NCBI RefSeq assembly: GCF_020745735.1
Contig: NC_083405.1
Span: forward strand, 61,098,345-61,162,344
Source of the DNA: Hemiscyllium ocellatum
Lineage: Eukaryota
Direction: 5' to 3'
Length of the DNA stretch: 64,000 nt
In this document: piece by piece, positions 39,551 through 54,232 of the stretch
Numbering within the stretch: the first letter of the stretch is position 1
Layout of the letters: every line of letters begins with the position of its first letter
The notes under the pieces: model-generated
Databases searched by the model: none
What the model was told of the DNA's origin: nothing
What the model saw: only the letters and a program-made list of their open reading frames with translations
Translations under genes and position numbers: made by a program

Positions 39551-42024
39551 TGATTTTTGACTTTCTAAACATACCTTGTGATGTTGTCTTTGTTGCAACG
39601 TAGATCCGAAAGAAAAAGTTGAGAATATCACCAGAAACCTTTTCTTGCAATCCTTTACCGAACAAAGCATTTGACTCTGCAAATTGTGGGTTTTTTGGAT
39701 TGCACTCCGAAAATTTAATGTACAAGAAATATCATAATCCTATAGTTGTTTCATAACATTGCAACTGATTTCAGTGGGAGATCTGAAACAGATACCTTCC
39801 AGATCCAGACCAGGATTAAACAAGGTACTGCAATAGCTCCCATAATATTTACGATCTCCCTTTATAATCATTATTCACTTTGTCATGATCACTTAGATGG
39901 AAGCTTTTTAACCTAAGTTTCTGTACCTAAACAGAATGACCACATTAGACACACCTGATCTACAGATGGCAGATGACAGATGACTGCCAAGTTGTTGCCT
40001 GCTCTGCACCAGATTTGCAAGCAACCCATGCTGTTTTCAATTCTGCTTGCCTTTGAATTTGGTTCAATCACTTCTCAGCAGCCAAATATTCCATCCACCT
40101 CCAATATGTTAGAAAACACAAACACCATCTAGTGGTGTAATCTCAATTTACACAAAGGATATCTACAGGGACAGAGGGGCAGGTCAAGAGGAACACCAAA
40201 TGTATAAACTAACACTCAAAATACACGGGGGTGGTGGGGATTGGAAAAGATGGGGAGGCTGAAACAGGAATGCTGAGATTGACAGAGGAAGTCAGCAAGG
40301 GGATGGGAGTAACAGCTGCAAAGAAAATTTCAAACCTGACAACAAAGAAACACTCAGTTAACGAGCAGCGAAGAAATCATGAAGACCTTTACATTAAAAT
40401 GAGTGAATTCAATATCAATTAGGTGGAGGGAAATAAATATTAGATTGAAGGAGGAAAGTTAAAATATTTTAATTTAAGCTGTACATTTTTCAAATCTTTG
40501 TCAAAAGGAATGAGACTACACACACAAGCTTCAGTAATTGAATAGGCAATTACTAGCGTATCACAGCTTTTAAAAAAGTTAATATCATGTCAAGTTTAGT
40601 TTGTATCCTCTGTGCGCAAACAGCATCTTTACACTTTTACTGCATTTCATTTATAAGCTACAGAGTGAGATAGAATTTTTTTGGAGTCAATGGAGGAGTG
40701 GTAAACTTCTAGGAACATAGGGACAAAAGTAGGTCATTCAGTCCCTCCAGCCCTTTCCACCATTCACAGAGACCATAAGCGATCTGTGGCCCAACTCCAT
40801 ACAATTCCCTTTGGCCTATATCCTTAATACTTTGGTTTAACAAAAATTCCTCTGTCAGATTTAAAATTCAACAATTGATCCAGCATCCACTGCCATTTGT
40901 GGAAGAAATTTCCAAGTCTCTATTGCCCTTTGTGCATAGAGGTGCTTACTTGCATCTCTTCCTGAACAGTCTCGCGCTAACTGTTGGACAATACCCCTAG
41001 TTCTAGAGTTTCTACTGGTTATCTACACCGTCTTTTCCTGTTAAAATGTTTCCTGAAAACTAGATCACCCCTTAATATACTAAATTCCAGAGAAAATAGG
41101 CCTAATTTATACAATCACTCCTCATAACTTAACCCTTGAAGTCTAGGTATATACACCTACATTGTCCTCCCTCTACGGCCTGGTGCCTACATCAGCTTTT
41201 AATACCCCAAGTGGAGTCTAACCAGGGTTTTGTCTCACTGCAGCATAACTTGCATACTCCAGACCTCAAGAAATAAAAGCCAGCATTTCATTAGCTTTCT
41301 TGATTATTTTCTGAACCTGTCTGTGCATTTTAAAGACCCATGCATCTGAATTCCAAATCTCTCTTTAAATACATCCATAGTATTTAACTTCATAACATCT
41401 GAAGGTACCCTGATCGATCTTTTTACATTCCAAAATAGATATCCTCACTTGTTTACACAGTTTTGCTCAGTCACTTAGTCTATCAATATCCTGTTGTAAT
41501 TTTACTCTATCTATACTGTCTGCAATGCTGTCTAATTTTGTCATCAGCAAACTATCTGAATGTTTTTTAAAAAATTATTTGACTGGTGTCACTGGATAGG
41601 AATGATACCCGCCCCCAACTAATCTTGTGGTGGTCTAGCCTGAACTGCTATAATCCTTGGGGTGGAGGCAGACCCATAGTGCTGTTAGGAAAGAAGTTCC
41701 AGGATCTTGAGCCAGGGAAAGAACAAGAATATAGTTCCTAGTCAGATGATGTCCACCTTGGAGAGGAACCTGCAGTTGGTAGCATTCCCATGCATCTGAT
41801 ACCCTTGTCCTTTTATGTGATACAGGTTGCGGACTTGGAAGATGCTGTTGAAGGAGCTTGAGTGTGTTGCTGCAGTGTGTCTTGTATATGATGTTTAGTG
41901 CCAATCAAGTATGCTACTTTGTCCTGGATAGTGTTGAGTTTCTCAAGTGTTGTTTGAGTTCTACCCTCACCTCACCTTCAAGTTCACATCCTTTGTCCAT
42001 GGTTTTTTGGTTGGGGGCAGTGGG

Positions 42025-42052
42025 GAGAAGAGAGAGAGAGAGAGAGAGAGAG
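42025..42052. repeat. (GA)n microsatellite
   Basis: Direct inspection. Confidence 0.9.
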
Positions 42053-42279
42053 CAAAGCTGCACTAATGTTGTATCTGGACCTTCCCTGAAGATGTTTCCA
42101 CATATATAACAGGTTAATGGTATTTCTGTTATTTATTAGCAATGTCTGGTAAATCAACTCTGCATTCTAAATCATTAACTCTGGTTCTCTTTCTTTGGAC
42201 ACTGATCTCCTGAATTTATTTGTTTTATTTCTAGCATTGATTTTGCATTAGTTACTCTTATGAAATTACTAACAACTTC

Positions 42280-42492
42280 ATGATGAAAGTGAGTACTGCA
42301 GATGCTGGAGATCAGAGTCAAGAAGCGTGGTGCTGGGAAAGCACAGCAGGTCAGTCAGCATCAGAGGAGCAGGAAAACCAACAATTCGGGCAAAAGCCTG
42401 ATCCCTGAAGGGCCTTTGCCCGAAATGTTGATTTCCCTGCTCTTCAGATGCTGTCTGACCTGCTGTGCTTTTGCAGCACCACGCTATTGACT
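42280..42492. mobile_element. Fold-back Penelope-derived element with 11-bp TSD
   Basis: Imperfect inverted arms with a degenerate hammerhead centre; CTAACAACTTC at 42269 and 42493. Confidence 0.82.
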
Positions 42493-44678
42493 CTAACAAC
42501 TTCTAGCATTTACACATGTAAAAATCCAGAATCTGCAGTTAGTGATTCTACACAAACCCCTAGTCCATACTGCAGTCTCTGCAAACCAATCAATTCAAAG
42601 TCACTGAACTGTGAGAAACATTTTATTTCACGTTGTTAGTATCATTGTGAAAACAGTCAAGCTGTCTTTTTTTTAAAATAAGGCCTAACTGGGTTTCAAT
42701 AGCATAAAATGGTAATAATTACTGAAAAACAGACACACTACCTCTGAAAACTAGTTATATAATTGAATTATCCAGTCTCTTCACTGAACATTCTGGACAA
42801 ACTTGCAAATTTCGATATTTCACCTTCTAGCTGAACCTCATGTCTGTCTCAGTTGATTGATTCACTGTCCATGTTTTAACTGAGTGGAAAAATTCACTGC
42901 TTTTTACTTCTTGATTTGCTGTGAGAATGCTTGAACATAACTTAGCCTACTTGGTGTTACATGGAAATCTCCTTGACTTGACATGAAAGTGAATTGACAT
43001 TGAGAAAAGTAAAATCCTAGTCACAAAAATTGCTAGCATTTTGTAAATCAACAATGTTTAAAATTTCACCTGGATGTAGTTCAGGAAAGTCAATCATAGA
43101 GGAGATTTAACTCCTTCCTGAATTTTTTTTTGGTCTATTTATATTTGAAGTTCCCATTTTCAGTGTGCAGTTCTCTCATCCAATTTATCATTTATGTACT
43201 GTGCCATTCTTTGCACACAGTCATAATGTGAAGAATTTGGCCTTTCATCTTCAATCTAGTTGCATCCTCAGGTATACAGTATCAGCTGTTAGGTAAAGTA
43301 GCACACAGTTATAGCTGATGTCTTTAGTGAACACTTTCAGTGGATGACCAACTGCCTTCTATTTTGATTATTTTATGATCATCTACAATTTTGAATTTGT
43401 TTATATTCTTAAAGAATTCTAATTTTTGATTACCCTCATTGAGTGGAAAACATCTTTAAACTAGAAATAAAGAGCCATAGAAGTTAGATTATCTATTCAA
43501 TGCTGACTAATTTTTGTTTTTATTTTTTATTGAACTAACAATTTCCCACTGGTTAGCCCTTCTTCTCCTCTTAGCTGTTGTACAGTTTGTTTTACTACTA
43601 TTGATTCACTTGGCATTGTCAAGTAGAGATTTGACTTGCAGGTGAGAAAATAGTCCTGCATTATGCTTACATTGATATTCTAGACCAGTTAAACTTATAT
43701 TAGGTTGGTTGAAATTCCCTTCAAGGTAATATTTCCAATTTCCTTTCCCCAACTTTATTACCTTAAATCCTCATCCACTGTCCTTTTTGTTTTATTCTTT
43801 TAAAGGTCATTTGTACCAATCATCTTCAGCAACAACCTATTGAAATGACACTAATGCTGATGACACCATCCCCTAAAGAGCTAACTGAAAGGTGAGCTGC
43901 AATCAAAATTACAGATCATTACAGACAGTGTAATGAAAAGAAGTACACATGGAGCATTCTCTTCAAAGAAAGAACACATGTATAAAACCACTGAATGAGA
44001 CCAACTGAAAACTGTCTATATAATTTTGCTATGGAATACAAACCCATGACTTTTATCAGCCTGTTAAATTTGGTAATTAAAGTAGTGATTCAAGTTGATG
44101 TAAATGAATAGTAACACCAGTGTAAGAATGACACTCCAACAATTTAATTCTAAATCAAGAATGAAATGCTCCAGCATTGTTAAAGAGAGAAAACCCATCT
44201 CCTGAAAACCTATAGACCTAATCAAACTATTGCTGTCCAGATCAGTGATAAGCAAAGGTTAGTCATGTACACTTGAGTTTTTAGTAGTTACAAATGAAGG
44301 AGTTCTGAACATTTAAACCTGCATCCATGTTCTAGCAAGGCTGTAATTCTTGTTGCACCTCAGCACCATGGCATAAATAGCCAAATAATGTGATCAGCTG
44401 GAACATTGCACCTTGGATTCAGAAAATGACACACAGACCACCACAATTGATGGAATACATTAAGCTAATAGAAGCATGCTATATTTCTGTTCTTTCCCAG
44501 TAAAACTCCTATCTCGTTTCAATCATTTAGGACAAGACCTTGTCATTTTTTTTCTCTGTTCTCTCCACTTGTACCCTGCTGCCATTTTACGTACACTTCT
44601 ACAGTGTTCTACTATACTCTGACTGTGAAATAAATATTTCTCTGAAGGACAACGGCTTCATTAATTAAATGTTCTCAC

Positions 44679-44748
44679 CTTCGGAATACCTCTTCGTACT
44701 GAGAGGCAGGGAGCACATATCCTTCTTCATCCAATTTAATCTCAACAT
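44679..44748 (-). CDS. FASTKD3: FASTKD3 coding exon 4
   Basis: ttttcag|AT...AG|gtgaga; (D)VEIKLDEEGYVLPASQYEEVFR. Confidence 0.95.
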
Positions 44749-45387
44749 CTGAAAAAGTGCAGTAGTTTCAGGTTTTATTCAGGGGAAAAACATCTAAACT
44801 TAATTTTGTTTTATAGAGTTGATCAATATATTACCAAAAGACATTGTAATGCAGTGGTTTAGAGTTGCACAGCATTTGGGTATATGTTGCCAAGCTCCCA
44901 CACAGTTATCAAAGGAGCTGAGGCTAAAAGCTGTCCCAAACAAGTGTTTTTGGGGGAGGGGCTAATCTTGACATTCTTATAATACTCTAAACTGTGTAAG
45001 TATGGTTGCAGAATATGTTAAAAAATAAGATGGGAGAAAATGGCTATCAGTTGAAAAGTCAATATTACACATGGTTATATATTAATAATGAAAAAAATTT
45101 AGTTCATTACAAAACAAAATTCAGAAAAGAAAGAAAGCTGACCTTTGGGATTCCTATTTTATTCTGATATGCACCCAAAAATATTCCTTTCTCACCACTT
45201 TAGTTTCAAAACTAAATTATTATTCAAGATGCCATTTAGATGAAGACAGGGTAGCAAACATTTCTCAAATATTTTTGTATGCTGTCTCCTTTATAATTGC
45301 TGGATATATAGAAAATCATACTGCATAAACATACCATTAATAGTCAATGATGTACATCCAGTTCACATTAAAAATTAATGCTTATAC

Positions 45388-45562
45388 CTAATGTATAGCC
45401 ATATGGTGTCAGCACACGGGAGGCAAAGTAATTCCTTGCTCCGAGAAGATCAATCAGGGCATTCTTAACTTTGTTGTAGAGATGATCATCCACCAGGCTT
45501 TCCACTGAACGTCCTGGTGTAATGAAAGATTTCACTCGATACTTTGAAGGAAGGCTAGGACC
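45388..45562 (-). CDS. FASTKD3: FASTKD3 coding exon 3
   Basis: taacag|GGT...TTAG|gtataa; GPSLPSKYRVKSFITPGRSVESLVDDHLYNKVKNALIDLLGARNYFASRVLTPYGYTL. Confidence 0.95.
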
Positions 45563-45674
45563 CTGTTAAGAAAAATTTTTTTAATTTCAAAGGTGTGCCT
45601 GTTTCATACATTAAGTTTCGGGTTACATAAACTGAGGATTATCTAATTCCCAGGACACAATCGCTTTGTGTTAT

Positions 45675-46695
45675 CAATTTGGAAAGAAAGGCATAAATTA
45701 TAAATTATCTACATTCCAAAGTGCTTCACAGCCAATATGTACTTGATATGGATTTTCTGAAATGTAGATGGGAATTACTCATCAGCACCCAGCAGAATCC
45801 CCATTATATCAGCCCATGAAGATACTGCCTGGGAATTTGAAGATTCTGTTGGACAATCCCCCTATGTTTGGAATCCATGGAAGATATAAATTTTAATCAC
45901 AAAATTAAGATGGTTCTGCTGAAGTTAAGTAAATAGACAGGAAAAGTTAAGGCTATTAAATGTCTTGTTTAACTAAAGCCACAACTTACTTCGTACACTC
46001 TCAAATATACATATCCTAAATCCAGTACAATCCCAGACCATGACCTGACACCCCCTAACTGCTCTGGACACCTTCTTCAGATTCAAAAATAGCTCCCCCA
46101 CCAACTGATTCAACAATCTCCCTCCCCGCTCCCACCCATACCGACATATTGTAAACACTCAATTACTAACCCCTACCTACCCGGCACCCTAACTCCACAC
46201 TTAACGTACATACTCGCCCTTTGACAGCAGCCATGAAAAAGTGTGTGGTGCTGGACCTTTAAGTTACAGAACTCGGCAACAGACTTCTGTGAGAAAAGCA
46301 AGGTGGTTTGCCTTTCTCTGACTGTTTTATGCTACATGGGATGTGTGAGAACAGAAATTCGGCACAGCATTTCTGAAGAAGACCTAATTGGCATCTACTC
46401 TCTGAAATCCTAAGCTTTTTCATTTTGTAAAATTAGGAGTGGAGTGGCAATATGTTCGAGATTACCACTCCTCAGAAAGTCTGGCCCACAGGCATTGTTC
46501 TAACATAGGAAATAACTGATTTACACACAGCAAGGTCCCACAAATATTAACAAGTAATAATGACCTGAGTTTTCTGTTGTTTCAAGGATGCTTAATGGTT
46601 AGAACATAGGGGACAATTTCCTTGCTTCTCTTTGAAACAAGGAGACACTGCCTGAAATTTTTACATCCACCTGAAAAGGCAGATGGGATCTCGTG
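45675..46695 (-). mobile_element. Old SINE resembling the Deu-domain SINE class (SacSINE1/AmnSINE-like), split into ~45675-45770 and ~46490-46695
   Basis: Segments CCAAAGTGCTTCACAGCCAAT and CACAGCAAGGTCCCACAAA...TTTTACATCCACCTGAAAAGGCAGATGGG resemble the recalled consensus; not checked by search. Confidence 0.45.
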
Positions 46696-49087
46696 GAGTA
46701 TTCTGTGTAGTTCTGATCACCATATTATCTGAAAAGAACATAGAGGCATGGGAGGAGGTGCAGAAAACACTTGGAAGTAATATTTTAGATGTGAGATAAC
46801 AGGTTGATTGATTGATTTTTTTTTCTCTCCTGAAAAGTTACAGCTGAGGGACAACTTAATAGTTTTTTTAAAAAATCAGGGTTTTCTAGATTAGGTATAG
46901 ACACAATGTTTTCACTTTTGAGGAAGAACTAAAACTAGAGACCATCGATACTAAATAAAGTTACCAAGAAATCAAATGTGGAATTCAAAAGAAACATTGT
47001 TACCCAGAAATTGTTGGGAATATAGAACTTGACCCTCCAGGGAATGTGTTAAAGCAAAGAATATTGTTGCACTCAGAATTGAGTTAACAAGTGGCAAGTA
47101 CCAGGCAATAACCATCTCCAGTGAAAGAATCTAACCATTGCCCCTGATGTTCAATTGCATGACCATTTTTAAATCCCCACTTTCACAGTTGACCTCCTGG
47201 CTCCTCAATACTTGTCTACAATCTAAAAGGCATAAGTTAGGAGTATGATGGAACACTCTCCACTTGCCTGGATGGTGCATTTCCAACAACACTCAACAAC
47301 CTTCACACCATCCAGGATAAAGCAGCCTGCTTAATTGGCACCCTACCCACCATCTTTAACATTAACTCCCTTCACTATTGACAAAGTGCACTACTGGTAC
47401 TTGCAGGTTTCCTCCAAACCCATAAAATCTTGACTTGGAATTCTATTCCTCAGAAGCAGTAATTGTTTAATGCAACTGAGGAAGATTTTAGAGGAGGCTA
47501 GCTGTTTCATAAAAGCTGATATTGAGCTAGCAATTAGATGCTTACGAGCACTGTTAGGACAAGAGATTGAACTACAAAGACATCAGTAATCATTTAGACA
47601 GTCCAAGTCCAAGAGAAGCTTTAAGGATATTCTAAGGCTAGACTTTTGAAAGTCAAGAATTAGAATTCCTTGCAAAAGAGACAGAGTTTTAGTGGGATTT
47701 AGTGATCCACAGTGTCATTAACATCTGAGCTGGATTTATCTTAACTGCATTGGCCATTCAAAGTCTAGTCTGTGGGATATTTGAACACAATTTGTCCACT
47801 AACTCAAACTTACCTTATGTTAATCCTGAATAATAAAGTTTAAGTTGTATATACCGATATATTGTTTAGAACCATCAATTTACCAGTTTATTATACTTAT
47901 TTAATCATTATTGTTTGTGTTGGTTTTGGTTAAATTATATAATAAAGATTTTATTTGTCACTTCAATTCAACCCTGAGATCCTGTCACTTATTTTCTTAT
48001 CCTTGGTTCCGTTATTCTTTAAAAAATGATGGTCTATCAAGCTAGATCCTAATAAAGATCCAGCTTTTTCAATATTCTCATAACTGGGATCATAACATGA
48101 GATAAGAAACAACTCACACTCTGGTGTCTCACTCCTACAGGTGGTAAATTACATTTAGAGGTTTTAAATATTTTGTTTTCTTACTTTTCCTTTATTGGAA
48201 AATTCATTTCCCTTCTCTTTCTCAATCCAATCTTTTCTGCCCTCTTTTTACTCTCTATTTAATTTGACTGTCATTCACTCTAGTTATTTCACCATTGTCC
48301 CTGTTACATTCTCTTCCCTCTAATTTAATTCGTCTTGGAGGTAAACGGTTATATACATTGTTCATCAAAATCCAAAATACCTCTTTGATCTCACTACACC
48401 TATCAACTCAGACAACTAACAATTTGCAGGAAATCAACCTCAAGCAAGATTTCCTGGTTCAGAAAATTCTAATGCAACACCACTGTGTAGTTCAGCAGAA
48501 GGCCATTACTTCTCCCAAAAATGGTCTGACTGAACCAAAGTTTTGACGTCTATATTATAACTTTAAATCGGAAACCTAACTGTGTCCATGTGCCCTGGTG
48601 TAATTAATATTGTCCCTCTGATTCACTCAAAGCCTAAAGTTGATTCACCATATCACAGAATCATAGAATCATAGACTATTTGAATGCTGCAGAAGAAGCC
48701 ATCACCAAATGAGCATTATTACCTACTGGCAATCCCCTGTTTGTTCACCGTACCCATGCACATTGATTACTTGGACAGAAATATTCAAGGGTCGAAAAAG
48801 TGTGGTGCTGGAAAAGTCTCCCGAATGCCTCAATTGATCCTGCTTCCACATTTCCTGGCTGTGAATTTCAGACTCAAACAACTCGTTCTGTGAGAATGTT
48901 TTTATTGCATCACATATGTTCCTTTTGCAAATAACTTCAAACCTGTACTGTCTAGTCTGTGATCCTTTTGTGAGCAGTGGTTTCTCCCCATCTACTCTAT
49001 GTATTTGAAAACCTCAACCATGTGCAGTCTAGAGGAAACATAATCAATCTGTAAAGAGACAAAGTGAACAGTTAAAAAACTTCATAC

Positions 49088-49173
49088 CTCATAGGTTCGG
49101 CACTCCAGTTTCATAGTCATGAACAGTTGAGTCAACTGGGCAAAGACAAACTTGTCAAAACCTGTTCCTTCTG
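49088..49173 (-). CDS. FASTKD3: FASTKD3 coding exon 2
   Basis: cattag|CAG...GAG|gtatga; (A)EGTGFDKFVFAQLTQLFMTMKLECRTYE. Tandem TAG/CAG (NAGNAG) acceptor. Confidence 0.92.
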
Positions 49174-52100
49174 CTAATGAAATATAGGAACAAAATATGA
49201 AAAATAAAATGTATGATGCTAACTGGAGTTAGGCAGCACCACTTTTTAATACCGAAAGAACCTTACAACCATGTACCAATTTAAGATAGTTGGCTTATCG
49301 GAGAGGGAGGAGAAACGTTGTGTTTGCTGTTTTCTACTGGACTTGTGTTAATATGCATTACCCATGCAAGGATTTTAACTGGAAGCAAAATCTGAATCAT
49401 TAGTCATGCTCCCCAAGGTTTGGTTCAAACATGAAGTATGAAGAGGTGGGGGATATTCTGGAGAGTTGCTTATGTTCATAAGACCATATCAGAATATGAA
49501 TGAGGCCTAAGCAGAGGGAGAAATAAAATGATGTTTTGATTTGGAAAGCTCTTCATGCCAATCCTGCTCTTACAGAAGGAGGTTGGTATTTGCTTGTTAA
49601 GTCCATGCTACAGACGTAATGAATTACTAATGATTAGATATTGGGAAGATGTAGAGAAGGTCGTTAGGACAGAGAAAAATGTGAAGGCGACATGTACCTT
49701 CATTGCGAGAGGCAGAAAGAGAGTGAGAAGCTGTTTGGTGACAAAGTCACATTCAAGAACAGAGAGTGAAAGCAAGGTGGTGCTGAAAGAGCAGTAAGAG
49801 ACTGAAAGTCAGCTTTGAAGAAATTACTGGCAGTTTAATTGAGACACAAGTAACTGTGTTGCCTGCCACAATAATCACAGAGTTAATATAGCTTTAGCAG
49901 TGACTGAGTGTCAGTGATGGAGAAGTGAATGTTTGAGATTGTGGATGCAATGCTAATCAACCAGACTGTTTTGTTCTTGAATGTTCAAACAGTGCTGAAC
50001 AACTATCACAGACAAATTGTTGCTATGGACAAAATAAAACATAGTAAAGTTAGCAAAGAAAACTGCTAAATCAATTCATGTATGGTTGTTACCCAATCAG
50101 GAAAGATTGATCCTTGAAGAGACTGGGTCTCCTTTCCCTAAATAAGAGAAAGTAAAAGGACACCGACTGAGGGCATGAAGGGTTTAATATGGGAGATGTA
50201 CAGAGAATGTTTCTATTGGTTGTGAGACTAGTTCTAAGAGGATAGTGACTAAAATCCAAAAAGGAATTTAGGAGACACCTATTTACCCAGAGAATCATTA
50301 GAATCTGTTGAGACAAATCACACAACAAGCTTAAAGGCAAAACTGGGAGGGAAAATGAATGAAATGATGTATCGATGGGAGACAGATCAAAAGGAGTGGA
50401 AGGCAATTTTTAGGGCACATAAGCAGCAGCATTGACTTACTGGGCCAACAGCTTGTTTCTGGGCTGTCCATTTAATGTATGCATGGGAACAATACTCAAG
50501 CTCCTTTACATTTCTTCCTCTCCTGCTGAATCATTAACTACTCGCTGGGCTATAGTTTCACAGATGCTCTCTTAACTATCACTTACATGAAAGCCTAAGG
50601 AGCAAACCCTAGTCTATTAAACAATTGTACGATCACTGTTTTTTCTAATGTTCAAATCAGACATCCATAAAACAAATTCTGTCCCCCACCTCACCACCCC
50701 ACCACCCCACTACTCAAAGGTCTATCGAGGAAACTATCCAGGAATGTGGAAATTGCCCCAGTATGCTCTGTCCACAAACTCCAACCTGGCCAATTACTGT
50801 CCAACCATTTTGTTTCAACTGTTAACAAGTGATGGAAGCTGTCATCAACAGTGCTATTAAGCTGCACTTACTCAATAATATCCTGCTTACTGGTGCTCTG
50901 CTGGGGATCTGCTAGGCCCATTCAGTTGCGGACTTAATTACAGACTTGATCTGAACGTGGACAAAAGCACTGAACTCAAGAGGAAAAGTGAGGGTGGCTG
51001 TCCTTGATATCAAGACAGCATTTGACTGAGCATGGCATCAAGAAGCCTTGGCAAAACTAGAGTCAATGAGAATCAAGGAGAAAACTCTCCAGAGATTGGA
51101 ATCAAATCCAGCACAATGATAGCTCGTTGGACCTGTCAGGGGCCAATCAATTCAGTCTCATCTTCTAATAGTCCATATATCACTTAGCAGTTCGCTGGAG
51201 AAACACCATATAACAACATATGTCTCTTGTTGGTTTATGAGGACTCAGTAAGACTCAACTCCACATCTTCCTTCTATGTCTTTAAGAGCTTTAAACTGAA
51301 TCCCCAGGCCCTCCAAATGCTGTGGATTGGTCATTTCCCATTGTGAAGTGTTTCATTTCCAATGCATACCACTACCGGTTAGTGTATCGTATCTAACAAA
51401 TACTGGCTCTGATAATTTTATTGCACTTTTTCTGTGTTTTTTATTATGTTAAAAAATGATCTATTGTTTTGAAGTTTATGGCGTCACCTGAATCTGATAG
51501 GTAGATATGGCAACATAATCACTTATAAGAATTTGTCTTCTCTATGAATTTATTATTTCCTGACTCAAGACAGCAACTAATTATTATCAATCTATATGAA
51601 ACAAACTGTATCAATGTGCCGTTAATTCCTAAAGAAAGTTTTGCGAACCTCCATTGCTGGCTCCTCTTTCTCCAGGAATGGAGAAGTGTACCTCCAACAA
51701 GCATATGGAGACTGCTACATTAAAAGTCAACCAGCAAATGCATTTCAATAAGTGATGCAGGACTAATTTAATCATACCAGGAAAAACAGAATGAATAGAT
51801 TAAGTGAATTTGAATACAGTGGAGTCAGAAGCAGATACATTACAGGTGAGGGGTGGGGGGCACAGTATTCATTAGAAGATATTTTGGTCAGTATGAAATT
51901 ACTGCATCAGTTCAAAGCCCACTGCACATTTATGTTGTTACGTCTAAGAAAAACATTAAAAAGAAAAATCCAATTAAACAACTGAATATTGAGTGTTGGA
52001 GCCAATTTGAATGTGATTCAATATCTAATAAGTTCAAAGTATCACAGCCTAAAATCCAAACAAATTGTAACTTTAAATTTTAAAAACTCTGAGTAAAGTT

Positions 52101-52201
52101 ACTATTTTCCAATGAAATCAATTATGAAAAGAGCAGTTGCTTCCACATTACAAGAATGGTATACACAGGATGTGAACCGGCATATTTCAAGATGAGCTCA
52201 C

Positions 52202-53645
52202 CTTCCAGCTGCTGCAGAAAGTATGGACTAAAGATTTTGGCTACAAAATTCACAGGAAAGCGTCCTATTAATATACAGGAATGAAGAAGGTTCAACAAAG
52301 TACGTGGCTGAAATTGTGAAAATCGTCCTCTTAATAAATTTTCAATCTTTCCGAAGAGCTGGCCAGCATTTGGTGGCAGATAGTTCAGCTTGCCAAACGG
52401 CATAATTTGTAAGGCAATTTCTTCAGTTGTAAAATTATCTGAATTGTAAACAAAACTCTCAGCAACTGCATCAAATATGGGAAGTGACAGGATTCGCCGT
52501 TGGCTGCAGTATTGCATCACTTTACTGATTGCCTCTGGTTTTAAGACAAAGGCGTTTTTGGGGACATTTTGCTCCAAAGCGTCAACAAAAAATCTGTCAC
52601 TGTGTCCAAAGTACATGAGAGCATTCAGTACCACTATGAGTTCCTGGTCTGAGAATTGGGGAACATGTCTCACTGAATGTTTGCATAGATTAATCACCAA
52701 AGGAAGTGCTTGGGTTTGTTTAAGGACAACCATTGCATTCAGGATGTCATTTTTGGCTTTACGACTCAACTTGGAAACTAAATGAACAGTATGGGTATTA
52801 ATTTTGTTCAGCAACTGCTGATAATTTCCTCCTTCTCCCATACTCGCCTCCAGCAAATTATAAACCATTACTATCTCTTCAGATGTCCAATTAACAATTT
52901 TCATTCTTTGAATTTCATCCATTACTTGCTTAAACATTCTACACCCCGGGCCTTCCAGGTCCAGCAAAGCCTTGCCCAACAAACACAAGTCTTTAATGGA
53001 CATCTGTCTGTTATTAAGTCGCATCTGACATTCTGACACCAGTCGCACCATGAGTGTGCTCTGTGGGTCCACATACAGTTGAACGTAAGCATACAGAGCA
53101 GTCACCAGTGCTGCACTGCTGAGCCTCAAAGACTCGTGCTCGAACTGGAAGCACAATGCCTTGAAAGCTTCATTCTCCAGCAGGTCCCCAGGGCTTTTCA
53201 GACTACTCCCATCTCTTTCAATCTGTGATATTTTAAGCAATGCAGCAGCAGCCATTGTATCCGTAAATGCACCGGAAGAGTTCAGAAGTTTAAAGATGTG
53301 CTTCGCAGTTTTACAGTTGTTCAAATGTTTCAAAAACTCCTGCTCATTGGAGGATCCGTTCTGCTTGTTGTCCAAGTTAAGGTTCTCCCCAGCATCCCCA
53401 TGGAGACACTCTGTTCCCAAGGTGTCACAAGGCTGGTCTCTGACCAGGTTGTGGTATCCTTTATGAGGAATCTGATGATACCATGCCTTTAGAGGTCCTA
53501 CTGACAAAGTCTTGTTATATTGCGGATACAGAATTTTGTTAAGGCTTTTGCAGGAACACAGCTGTCGCTTCACGATTTGTAAAACATTGTATGTCTGTAA
53601 GTCCGACGAAAGAAAATGAAACACTCTTAGAAGATTTAATGCCAT
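52202..53645 (-). CDS. FASTKD3: FASTKD3 (FAST kinase domain-containing protein 3, mitochondrial), large first coding exon
   Basis: ORF MALNLLR...DTMAAAAL...ALCFQFE...PFGKLNYLPPNA...FLQQLE matches recalled FASTKD3. Acceptor taacag| at 53672, ATG at 53645, donor GAA G|gtgagc at 52202. Confidence 0.96.
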
Positions 53646-54232
53646 AGCAGCTTCAGCAACGTTACTCGTCACCTGTTAGAAAAAGACAGAAGGTCAGGGA
53701 TAGCTATAAGTTCCCATTATAGTGAACTATTAATTTTAAGACCGAAAAATATAAATTACATTCAGCACTTACAACAAAAGGTGAAACAGACTGCAAACAT
53801 TTTAAATCTTTCCCACAACCAAAGCTTTTCCAATGAATAAGCAATGTCACAAACGAGAACACTTGCTCACATTGACCTTCTGTCAATACCCAGTAACCAG
53901 TGTTTACTGGGGGTTCAATCTGACACACCCAGGGCCCCCAAGGCTGACCACTGAGGAATTAGCTGCTTGTGCCTCCCCCTTTTACCCGGCTCAGCCCGGA
54001 AAAGGCGCTGGGCTGGGGGGGGGGGGTCTCCAGGCGGAGTGTCGGGGCCAGATCACCCTCCTGCCCCAGAGAGAGTGGCAGTGCCCCCCCCGGAGCCTGG
54101 GCTCCTCCCTATAACCTCCATCCACTCACTCTCTCACTCCACCTTCTCGCTCTTCTGTCGCCCTTTCCCCTCCTTTCTCTCTCCCTTCCTTCCTTCTTTC
54201 TCTCTCCCCTCCTTTCTCATTCCCTCTCTCAC

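Noticed and set aside
52122-53672. 516-aa ORF as a complete single-exon protein
   Set aside because: It starts at a GTG at the splice acceptor and runs past the donor at 52202 into intron. The true CDS starts at ATG 53645 and continues in five more exons.
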